A DNA stretch of 63,397 bases, the filler included, from Craspedostauros australis (Eukaryota): NCBI GenBank assembly GCA_030167865.1. It is 8 parts of 8 records of this genome, joined end to end, with 100 filler letters (N's around TTAATTAATTAA, not from the genome) between each part and the next. Parts side by side here need not be neighbours in the genome. Positions count along the whole stretch, not along the records: positions 24,020 to 39,267 come from JALAGF010003274.1; positions 39,368 to 42,283 come from JALAGF010003276.1; positions 42,384 to 45,405 come from JALAGF010003281.1; positions 45,506 to 49,912 come from JALAGF010003283.1; 4 more parts are not named here. One strand, 5' to 3'. The translations under genes and the position numbers were made by a program. This document shows, one piece after another, positions 37,022 through 47,462 of this stretch (position 1 is the stretch's first letter; each line of letters starts with the position of its first letter). The notes beneath the pieces are model-generated. The model did no database searches, was not told where the DNA came from, and saw nothing but the letters and a program-made list of their open reading frames with translations.

Positions 37022-38554
37022 ATGCCGACCTACCCGTACACACCCGTGAAGCAAGACCCAACTGCTACCGCTGGTACGCCAGAAACAGTGGCTGAAGAGG
37101 ACGATGAGATCACGGACAGAAACTTCAGCCACAAGGGCTCATTCAACATCAGTGACCAGGCCGATGATGATGGATATGACTTCGTCAACATCTTCAAATG
37201 TGTCTACTCCACCGTGTTGCTCATCTTTTCCATCACCACCGTCGTGGCGTTGATCTTCACGCGGCAGACCAGGATCTCCCATGATTTCCACCCGGCGGTG
37301 GCCTTCGTCACGATCTGCGCATGTATCATGTGGATCACCATGGTGGAAGGCAGCCAAGGTGCCTTCGTCGGACTGCAACCGGTCGACAGAGAGCTGTACC
37401 GCAGCACGCATCCCGTCACGCACAAGTGCACCTCCATCTGCCACAAGGGAGAGAATCTCAACCGCTTCATCATCGGCAGGCAGCTCATCATCCTGCTCAT
37501 CGTCTTCGTCACCAACCTCTGCGGCGCGCCAATGGACACCAATCCCGAGGTACTGGGATTGCCCACCATCGTTACCCAGATCTTCCTCAGCTCCGGCCTC
37601 GTCACCATCCTCATGACCGTCATGGCCGGCCAGCTCAACGGTCAGGTGAACGCCATCGGTAGCATGCTCGATTTCATCAACAACCACTTCGCCGTGTTCA
37701 CCCTCTTCGTGGCCTTGTCCATCGAATTTTCCGGTTTGCTGCACATCACCCACGTCGTGCAGATGCTGGCCACGTGGATGTCAGGGCAGGTGCAGGAATC
37801 GAAGGAGCCTCCGCGCACGGTGCCGCAGTCCATCTTCTTCTGGTTGCGCGCAATCTTCTCCCTCACCGTCCTCGCATTCGCATTCGCCGTGACGCTCACA
37901 GCGCTTGCCAACGGACAGACCACCATGTGGGACAGCGTCCCCACCACCGCTTCCATCATCCTCTTCTTCGTCTTCATGGCCATCGTCGGCATGCTCGAAG
38001 GCATGCAGGTCGCGTTCTTCGCCATGGCCAAGCTCCCCAAGCACGAACGTGGCGACGACGCCATGGCCATCAAGAACTGCGAGATCCTCTTTGGCGGCGG
38101 CGGCGACAACCACCCGCGCTTCATGATTGGGCGTCAGATGTGCGTCACCATGTGCTTCTTCCTCCTCGCACGCGTCACCACCTTGAATGTGGAGATCGGC
38201 GTCGACGACAACATCTTCGGCGTGTCCAACGGCGTGCAGGAGTTCTTCAATACGGGATTGCTCGGTGCCTTGATCACCACCATCGTGGCATCCATCATCT
38301 GGCAGCTGGTCGCATCGGCGTTCCCTGTCATCTTCGTCTCCAATCGGTTGGTGTACATCCTGTTGTGCATCTGTCTGGCGCTGGAATCCACCGGCATCTG
38401 CTCCGGAGCACGCGTTGTGGCAGCCACGCTGCGCGCCATTGCCGGATACAGACCAGATGCAGAGTACCTGCAAACAGAAAAGGAGATGGATGTCGAATCG
38501 CCACGCAAGAGTCTGAAGTCGTCCGTGGCATCGTTGTCGTATGGCGGCGTGTAG
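37022..38554 (+). CDS. SIT: Silicon transporter (SIT)
   Basis: 510 aa with about 10 hydrophobic segments. Paired EGSQ/GRQ and EGMQ/GRQ motifs, plus MLDFINN, LSIEFSGLLH, FFNTGLLGALITTIVAS, LESTGICSG. Confidence 0.97.
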   Translation: MPTYPYTPVKQDPTATAGTPETVAEEDDEITDRNFSHKGSFNISDQADDDGYDFVNIFKCVYSTVLLIFSITTVVALIFTRQTRISHDFHPAVAFVTICACIMWITMVEGSQGAFVGLQPVDRELYRSTHPVTHKCTSICHKGENLNRFIIGRQLIILLIVFVTNLCGAPMDTNPEVLGLPTIVTQIFLSSGLVTILMTVMAGQLNGQVNAIGSMLDFINNHFAVFTLFVALSIEFSGLLHITHVVQMLATWMSGQVQESKEPPRTVPQSIFFWLRAIFSLTVLAFAFAVTLTALANGQTTMWDSVPTTASIILFFVFMAIVGMLEGMQVAFFAMAKLPKHERGDDAMAIKNCEILFGGGGDNHPRFMIGRQMCVTMCFFLLARVTTLNVEIGVDDNIFGVSNGVQEFFNTGLLGALITTIVASIIWQLVASAFPVIFVSNRLVYILLCICLALESTGICSGARVVAATLRAIAGYRPDAEYLQTEKEMDVESPRKSLKSSVASLSYGGV

Positions 38555-39367
38555 AGCAGAACAGAACAGAGTAGACTAGTGTGTTATTAGTATGGGAGGC
38601 AGTGTCAATGTCGCAAGTTTTGGAATCCGGATAGCGAAGTAAAGTAATGTGAAGCAAAGTGGAGTTAATTGCTCAAGTGCGTTGACAGATACTATTCGAG
38701 GAGGTATCGAGGAGGTATCGATGAGTAACGCTGCGTGGGAGTGGAATTCGAACCCTTGGAGGGACGAGAGGTTGTGGTACTCATATAGTGCGATTGCAAA
38801 GAGAGAGGTTGCTGATTGATGGCCTCTGTGATGGAGCTGCTGATGATGGGATGAATGTTCTTCTTCCATGCGGAGCCTCGATGTTATGACCCAGGTGAGC
38901 GAGTGGACCAACCTTTGGTAAAGTAGAGTGGCACTTTTTCTTCGATTTCAACACAACCAAGAATATAAACCAACTCATTATAGTGTCCATAGCAACAGGA
39001 AAATTACCCAGAGCCTTGAAGTCCGTAGTTTAGGTTTTATGGACCTGTCAATGTGCNNNNNNNNNNNNNNNNNNNNNNNNNNNNNNNNNNNNNNNNNNNN
39101 NNNNNNNNNNNNNNNNNNNNNNNGTGTTCTTGGTTTTGGCGAATTTGTTCACATTTTGAATTAATTAGTCCTTATTTTGTTCATCCATTTTCGCCGCCAG
39201 TCTCCGTCTCATCCTCGTGCGAATCGCATCCCTCACTTCTTGCGGGACCATCTCTTCGTTCTCCGCGNNNNNNNNNNNNNNNNNNNNNNNNNNNNNNNNN
39301 NNNNNNNNNNNTTAATTAATTAANNNNNNNNNNNNNNNNNNNNNNNNNNNNNNNNNNNNNNNNNNNN

Positions 39368-41450
39368 CAGCCATGCCAACAACACCAGGAGCGGAACCAG
39401 CAGGAACAACACACGCAGAAACAGCACCAACAGACGAAGCACACGGGGCCGCATGTATGAAGCATCAAATGAAGGTGACACTGCCCTCCCCCCAGTGGCA
39501 CCGATGGCACAAATGAGAGCAGCAGCAGCCCATGGGATGGGTCATCTGAAATATCAGATGATGTGGAGGACACGGATTCTGACAATGACATGGCATACCT
39601 TGGCACTACCAACTAACCAGGCCAATGTGGATCTACGATCACCCCCTATGACCCCATCACTGCAAGATTCGGCCACTTTTTTACATATCAGAGTCCCAAC
39701 AAGTTGCAAGGTTTCGGAAGCTGAGCCGCACCATTGAGGTCTTCCACACAACCCAGGTGTGGAGACCTCGTGGTGAAAGGTATCGCATGGTTGGGGTCGA
39801 CTTCCACATGCCTACATGCACCACCAGGAATGATGTGACATTGACCATCCAAAGTCGGAAGGTGGATGGAGTACCTCGGATGTTCCTGGTGTTGCTATAC
39901 AAGCCACCAACAGCTATTGGAGATGATGGAAGCATCGTGGACATCCTGATTGACAAGTTGGGTCATCCTTTCTCTGATGCAGGGCAGAAACGTTCTGCCC
40001 ATTTGCAACAGTTCCAGAATGAAGACTTTGCAGACTCATTCCGTTCGGGAATGTTTGTGCCCATGCCATTTCTGTGGCTCACCATGCCGAAAATTGGGAG
40101 GAGTGGTCTGGTTACATCATGCTGTGAAGGACGATGATGGTGCAACCCACAACATGCTTACAATAATGGTACGTTTGAAGGAAGCAACCAATGTTGGCGT
40201 GACCTGGCACTTTTCTGTATGCCATGGTCTGGGCTTTGCAGATGGTGATGGAAGCCATCCCGATGGCCATGACGAAGTCACTAACACACAAAGCTGCGCC
40301 ACTGATGTCGCCACCCACAACATCAACAACACTATGACGAGCACAAGGAACACGACGGTCGGCACTGCAGCTGCCATGGCTGGCAACAGCATGACACCAT
40401 CAACACACCAACCTACAATCAACCTAGGAGGTCGTCGCCCCACCCCAGCAGCGGACAGTCTGCGCAACAACAACGGACACCTACCATCAGCAACACAGCC
40501 AAGGCTGCATGGCCAACAGGCCACGCCCACAGTTCCTGCAATCAGTCATCAGACAGCAACCCTGACTGCCACTGACGACATCATTTCAGTTTTTATGGAC
40601 AGTACCAAAATAATGTGAGATCGAATTGAAATCAAGCGGGCAACCCTTGAGATGATGGAGGCTGAGATGGCTCTCAAGGTGGAGGAAAAGCGTGCAAAGC
40701 GGGCATAGGAGGACGCCTTGCAACAGAGGCCCAGATTGTTTGCCGATGTCAATGAAGAAAGCTGAGCAACAAAGAAGCCCCGCATTCTCAGAGAAATGCC
40801 CCTGGCAGGTGGCCCCAAAGTCAATGCGAACGTCTCCCCAAATGGCAACAGATGGTGAGAGCACGAGGATATCTCCCTCGATGCGGCATTGGTTGATACT
40901 TCTGGCTAGTTGGCAAGCAGATCAGGTGGTGAAGATCCAGCAGCAGCAGGTGTGAGAGCCAATGCAGACCAGTACATGCACCGTCGTCCTGCTATGGACG
41001 AAAGAAGCTGGAGCAGTCGCATTCTCCCATCGCCCGTACGGATCCTACCAGCCCATGCAGTCGACACCCATCACAGAACACAAACAGAGACATGAACAGA
41101 GACACAGACAATGCCACCACCACGATCACTGGCGTCAACACTGGGAGCCAAAACTACCATAATCGGGATGCCATTGCCAACAACAATGCTGGAATCAACT
41201 GTGGCGGTCCCTGAAGATGATGCAAGAACAGGAGAGACAGTGGAAGGAAGCGCGGAACAAGCACTGCAGCCTGCAGCAGCACCGACAACATCAGCGGAAG
41301 GAGGGATGGAAGAACAACAACCACAGCACCAGCATAATGACCAAGAGAAAGAACAAGGAAAGGCTGCTACTACTGGGATGAGGACCTGGGGGAGGGCTGC
41401 ATGACAAAGCCACAGTGATGCAAGTTAACATTCTCTTTCAAGGCAAACAA
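39368..41450 (+). pseudogene. Decayed gene of the same unnamed family as 58011-59347, with a low-complexity/coiled-coil tail
   Basis: Frame-shifted and stop-interrupted segments VGVDFHMPTCTTRNDVTLTI, LYKPPTAIGD, HPFSDAGQKRSAH, MFVPMPF, LTIMVRLKE align by eye, in order, with the 58.6-59.1 kb protein. Ends approximate. Confidence 0.5.
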
Positions 41451-42400
41451 GAATACCATAAGTAGTGGAGTAAGAATGTGCAACTCTTGCTTGTTGTAAC
41501 TAGACGAATCCTGTTGATGGAATGCAACATGAAACTGGCAAGAGAGTTGGAACAACATCTGTAACCCCCTTTGGAGAGAGCAGAACAGGCTGCCTCTGTG
41601 GCTGTCGAATGTGTGGGATCGCATGGAGAGGCGAAGGATCCGTGGACCAGAATGAAAAAAGCAAAAAAACAACAAGATGCAGTCCGTGCACAACACGATA
41701 ATGAGCAAAAAAGTCACAAGTTGTTTTCGAAAATACGCAAGAATGTTTCGCCATTTGGTGGCCCGAGTTGGTATTCCGTGTCTTTCGCACGTTGTCAGGA
41801 GGATAGTCTGTCCTTCAACCGGTTTTGACGCCGTTTGATGTTGAGGACAAAGCTNNNNNNNNNNNNNNNNNNNNNNNNNNNNNNNNNNNNNNNNNNNNNN
41901 NNNNNNNNNNNNNNNNNNNNNNNNNNNNNNNNNNNNNNNNNNNNNNNNNNNNNNNNGAGTAAAAAGGTGGGGTTCGTGCTGTCGTACTTCAGCCGTTCTT
42001 TGTTGCGCAGCAGCATGCCGTGGTGATCCTGCACACATACAGCCTTCCAGTATCATCACCCGTAGAGCAGTAGCCGATCCATTCACATGGATATGCTTCA
42101 AGACAGATGCATGTTCGGCAGGGTGACGAGATGGACAGGTGGCAGGGGTGCATGAGCTGGAGGGCGAGCAACGCATGGATTGCAGTTCAACTACACATGG
42201 TGTGTGTGGTAGCCTTTCATCACAGTATCGGTCTTGGGTACCGAATACCGTGTACGCGGAATGGACAGTCAAGTCCCGAGTCANNNNNNNNNNNNNNNNN
42301 NNNNNNNNNNNNNNNNNNNNNNNNNNNTTAATTAATTAANNNNNNNNNNNNNNNNNNNNNNNNNNNNNNNNNNNNNNNNNNNNACTCCGGAGCAACTCAC

Positions 42401-42612
42401 CTTTTCGCAAGATGCTGCAGCATCGCGATGTGCCCCAGATGCGGCGGATTGTAGGATCCTGCCAGCGTCACCGTCCTCGGATCTTTCTTCGACGGAATGT
42501 TCCATGGGAACTCCACTATCCTTGGGAAGATGATGGGATAAATCAGCAACACCGCGCTTGTGATCACAATGAAGAACGTGAGGCCCAACAGAGCCAATAG
42601 ATAATCCATCAT
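42401..42612 (-). CDS. First exon of an HxGH (cytidylyltransferase-like) nucleotidyltransferase with an N-terminal TM segment; remainder beyond the contig end
   Basis: VTLAGSYNPPHLGH motif after a hydrophobic N-terminus. The exon ends at an AG|GTGAGT donor. Confidence 0.72.
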
Positions 42613-43314
42613 TGTGCAGTCAATTTCCGATGCTTGTCAATGTGGTGATGACATGAGCGCAATACTCGCATTCTCTCTGGGGGGCAGAGCTCAGTACGCT
42701 CTGCTTTCGTTTGGTCCGACTGCGTTGATGGATGTCCTCCAAAGTGGTGATGCTTTGTGTGTTCGCAGACGCCACAAGCTGGTTCCATTCAGGCGCAATC
42801 GACGACGGACAACAGACAGACGAGTATCTACCGAACGCGCCAACAATTCTTGATGCCACCTGAAACAACGAATCTTCGATGTTGCGCCCATGATCCATCA
42901 AACAACACCAACACAAAGAGAGAGAGAGAGAGAGATGAAACGGTATAACTGCAATCTGTGCTTGCATCGATGGAGGTTTCAGCCAACGTGCCATACACAG
43001 AAATTACCAGGAAAGAAATGAACCAAGGAAACAAACAGCCACGCGAAACGCACTGCGCCGAAAATGAGATGGAGATGATGATGCCAATGATGCTCATGAT
43101 GAATGGCAAGCGGCGACGAACAGCGATCTCCGATGTGCCTCATCGCTCAGAAACATCAGAAAGGAAGAAACCAAACCAATTGTTCTGGAGTAGAGGAGAG
43201 CTTGGGACATGGGAAATCGCAGCACCAACAGCAATGACAAGGCATGTCATGGCCCGAGGTGCGGTCTGGATTCAAGTCATCAGTGGCAGCGCCGTCCGTC
43301 TCAATCACTTCGGA

Positions 43315-45182
43315 TCAGTTGGTACTCAGAGAGCGGACGAAGTCCACCAATGTCGCACAATCCATGTATGAATCCACTTGTTCTGTACCCTTGTCCTCAT
43401 CTATGACCTTGTACAGGTCCATCATGGACATATGACTGTACTCGTCGTCAATACCATCACTCTTGGCTCCCTCACTGCGGAGGGCAAGAATACTTATCAT
43501 CAGTTGGGGTTGTAGAATCAGTTTGCTTAAATCTAGATGAGTGAACATATCTTTATCACTTTCAGCTGCCATTCTCATCGCCATATCCTTCAACACCACG
43601 CAGTTGTGCTGATGGGCGAATATCAGTGCATCTATCATGGTGTCTTCTGTGAGATGCTTGTGGGCCAACTCTGCTTCAAGAACAAGCTTGAGTCGCCAGA
43701 AACCGAACTCGTTGGCCACAAGAATCAGCTGTTGCAGATCATCTTGTCCAGTGAGGATGGGAGTTGGCTGGTAAGAGGCATCCACATCGTGGTGAGTGTG
43801 GGCGTGAACGTGGGCGCCAACATGAGCACTGGCGTGAGCAGCAGAATTGTCACGAGCGCTGTCATTGAAGAATACCTTGCCTGTGTAGATGTATTGGAGG
43901 ATTTATCGGACATGCCTTGGTTGAAGATTGGGAAGAGGAATGGTTACTTGCATGGATTCAGTTCCATCGTGAGCGTCATCATTCGTGTGCTGATGTCGGA
44001 TTCCTTTGTCGATCAGTGTCTCAATGGATGGGACGGTGATCATGAGAAGTTCAGAGTTTGCTTTGATTCGTTGTTGTTCGTCGCCTTGTCCACACAAGAA
44101 GATGGTGTCTGTCCTGTTGTCGGTTTGGAAGGATCTGAGCTGTCTTCTCCAATGCTGACGTTGGTCCTCTTGTGGGTACTGTGTTTGTGCTCATTCTCTT
44201 GCTTCTTTCGCTTCAACTGCTGTCTCAGCTGTTGTTGCAGTTGCTCATTCTCTTGTTCCTTCTGTGTCAACTGCTGTCCCAACTGTTCTTGTGGCTGCTT
44301 ATTCTCTTGCTTGTTTTGTTGTAAGTGTTGCTGCAGTTGTTGCAGTTGTGGGTGAACTGAAGGTGAAAGTCCTCTAATGAGCGACTCGATACACTCCAGG
44401 TGGCCTTTGCGGCATGCAGCATGAAGGGGAGTGTCACCATCATTGGCGGTGCAGTTGATGTTCGCCTCACATGATTTGATGAGGTACTCCATACACTCCA
44501 GCTTGCCGTTGCGGCATGCGTCATGAAGGGGAGTGTCACCATAGATGGTTTGGCAGTTGACGTCGGCCCCACATGATTTGATGAGGTACTCCACACACTC
44601 CAGGTGGCCGTGTGTGCATGCGTCATGAAGGGGAGTTTCATCTTGGTTGCTGTTGCAGTTGATGTTCGCCCCACATGATTCGATGAGGTACTTCACACAC
44701 TCCAGGTGGCCGTGTGTGCATGCATGATGAAGGGGAGTGGAACCATAGTTGTCTTGGCAGTTGATGTTCGCCCCACATGATTCGATGAGGTACACAACAC
44801 ACTCCAGGTGGCCATCGCGGCATGCGTCATGAAGGGGAGTGTCACCATCGTTGTCTTTGCAGTTGATGTCCGCCTCACATGATTCAATGAGGTACTTGAC
44901 ACACTCCAGGTGGCTGTTGTAGCATGCCAGATGAAGGGGAGTGTAACCATTGATGGTTTTGCAGTTGATGTCCGCCTCACATGATTCAATGAGGTACTTC
45001 ACACACTCCAGGTGGCCGTGTGTGCATGCCACATGAAGGGGAGTGCGACCATTCCAGTCTGTGACATTGTCGACACCATTTCCTTCATTATGTGTCTCGT
45101 TCTGCTTCTTCCACTCCTTCAACACTGACAAGTCACCGGCCTTGGCAGCATCAATGAGTTGTTCGTTCGTAACATTCGGCAT
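43315..45182 (-). pseudogene. Ankyrin-repeat + coiled-coil + BTB/BACK-like protein, disrupted by a frameshift (~44100-44150) and an in-frame TAA (43903-43905)
   Basis: About 7 near-identical 34-aa ankyrin repeats (GxTPLHxACxxGHLECVKYLI). In another frame DTIFLCG...IKANSELL...RHVR*ILQYIYTG...LILVANEFGFWRLK...LIFAHQHNCVVLK, a BTB/BACK pattern. Confidence 0.78.
44360..45055. repeat. 102-bp tandem repeat (ankyrin-coding units)
   Basis: The units ATGAAGGGGAGT and ACACTCCAG recur every 102 bp. Confidence 0.9.
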
Positions 45183-45505
45183 TTTGAGAGTGTGGTGGAT
45201 GGTTGCTGGACGTTGGACGTTGGACGTTGGACGATTTACGTTGGATTGGCTGTCGAGGATGTCTGTGGTCGGAGCTGCCTATGGAAGAGATATCGATGTT
45301 TGTGTATGCAACAGCTTGTAGTAGTATGAGTATGAGTACCATACACTGTGTGATGAATATGAGTGGCAATTCGATGTCTGTTGTTCACGCGGTTGAGTAT
45401 GGGGTNNNNNNNNNNNNNNNNNNNNNNNNNNNNNNNNNNNNNNNNNNNNTTAATTAATTAANNNNNNNNNNNNNNNNNNNNNNNNNNNNNNNNNNNNNNN
45501 NNNNN

Positions 45506-46941
45506 TCACCAGTGGGATTCATGTTACTGTCACTGCCTCCCTTTGGACAGGCCCCATCGATATCGCTGATGATGTAAACCTCGTCGGAGTTGCACTCCGT
45601 CTTCGTCATGCATCCTCTGCATCCTTCGATACTGCCACATCCACCAGGAGGGACGACGAGGTCGGTTCTCATCCTGTCATGGAAGCCCATCTTCTCGCAT
45701 GAGCCATCGGCGGCACAGCCACCAGCACCAATGGTCAAGCTGCCTGCATACTTGCCAGCAGTACCATGGTTGACAGTGGAATGGGCATCCTTGCAGGCAT
45801 TGCTGCCAATGCACGCATTCGCCCCGATGTGGATGTGGCTTCGGAAGCGAAAGGATGGTGCTGATTGCTCCACACGACGGCCAGCTGCATTGCATGCCTC
45901 TGACCCAATGCATGCACCAGTCTGGATGGTGACATCACCATGAGAGCGGCGTCCCACTCCCTCACAAGATTGAGAGGTGGTGCATGCCATCTCACCAACG
46001 AAGGTGACTCCTGTGATGAAGGGATTGATCTCATTCTCATTCATCAACTCGCATGCGCTATCTCCAGTGCAGGAGGAATCGAGGATGAGGGGATTGGGGC
46101 CCATATCCTTGCATGCGCTGTCACCAGTACATGCCGTGATCGCAACGGTCATGAATGGAGGAGAGTTGGAGGCGGAACCGGTGACTGAAGTGCATCCCGA
46201 GGATCCTTGACAGCATGGGGTGGCGACACGAGGCGATTGCATCGCAGCGATGGCCGCGCATGCTGCCTTCACTGCGTCTGGTCGTTCGGTGACAAGGATC
46301 GCGTTGGTGGCAGCGATCAGGGACAATTGGCCGGAGAGCACGTCGTTTGACGAGTACTTTTGGAAGAGCTTGCGTGCGGCTCCTTCACTGAGGTCTCCTG
46401 CACATCCAAAGAAGTTCTGCAGTTGCTTGGATTCCTTCACGGCGGTCACGGCCTCGCGGCAGGATGGCTTGGCAGAGTTGCAGATGATGGTCTTGGCGCT
46501 TCTCTCTTCTGTTGTGAGGGTGGTGGCACCATCGGGCTTGCAAATGACCTCGATGGTGGAATCGAAGACCACTGGGGCAGCTGATGGTTTGGATGTTGGC
46601 AGGCGAGTGGGCTGGGAGGTCGGCGAGGCAGTTGGCTGGGTGACAGGTGTCATCGAGGGCGATTCGGAACGCAAGTCGGTCGGCGGTCCAGTAGGCAATG
46701 CGGTTGGCGCGGTCGTTTCTGGATCAGCCGGATTGTCGGTAGGTACCTCGGTGTTTCTCTTCCTGCCTTTGATGGCCTTCTTGTCACCATCGGCGTCCTT
46801 GAGGATGCGGGTCTTCATCATCATCATGTGGAGTTCCTCGATTGGATCCATGGGAGTCCTGTTGCCGCGGAGCACGGCGTGCACCGTTGCCATATCGGCA
46901 AGAGCGAGAAAGGCGACGAAGGCTGCCTTGGTGTGAAGCAT
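45506..46941 (-). CDS. Secreted protein with Pro/Thr-rich linker and Cys-rich repeats; C-terminus runs off the contig
   Basis: Signal peptide MLHTKAAFVAFLALADMATVHA, then LRG, RIL followed by a Lys-rich stretch, PT repeats, and repeated (A/S/G)C-x5-C units (ACTGDSAC, SCTGDSAC, ACIGSEAC, ACIGSNAC). Confidence 0.8.
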
Positions 46942-47172
46942 GGTTGTCGGTACTTGGTGGTTAGTGATTGATCGTTCGGGGTTGATAGTTGTTTGTTTGG
47001 TGTGATTGGTTGACGACTTGGATGGATTTATGAGATGAAGAGTTTGATTTGTTGGTTGTTCGGACCATTTTGCTTGCATGTTCGATGTTGTGCGTGAGGC
47101 AACATGGTACGAGAATGGCATGACGCCAAGGAGGCCAAAGCTCCGCCACAACCGGAACCTTCACGACCTGGC

Positions 47173-47462
47173 GGATCGATGCCGATGCCCAGCATTTATG
47201 GTGCAGGATGACCCTCCCTGATGGACATCATCCATTGGGCCTGGACACGTCCGAGCAAAGCGCATGCGAGTATGGCGGGACGAGCAGACAAGGAACCTTC
47301 ACAACCTGGAACCTTCACAACTGGCGACATCACCATTGGACAGAAAGACTCCGTGGATCGATGCCCATGCCCATCATTTATAGTGCAGGATGACCCTCCC
47401 TGATGTACATCATCCATCGGGCCTGAACTATAATACGTACGAGCAGAGTGTACGCGAGTATG
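47173..47462. repeat. Imperfect direct repeat, period ~182 bp
   Basis: GGATCGATGCC...GTGCAGGATGACCCTCCCTGATG...CATCCAT occurs at 47173 and 47355. Confidence 0.85.

Noticed and set aside
37139..38473. Long antisense ORFs over SIT (and similarly over ABC1K, M6, ARP4 and ORF1)
   Set aside because: Shadow ORFs expected from codon bias on the coding strand; no motifs.
43537..44355. Cys-rich 272-aa ORF on the + strand
   Set aside because: Antisense reading of the Gln-rich coiled coil and BTB region.
44360..45055. Regularly spaced repeats that could suggest a CRISPR array
   Set aside because: Contiguous 102-bp coding ankyrin units with no unique spacers and no cas genes.
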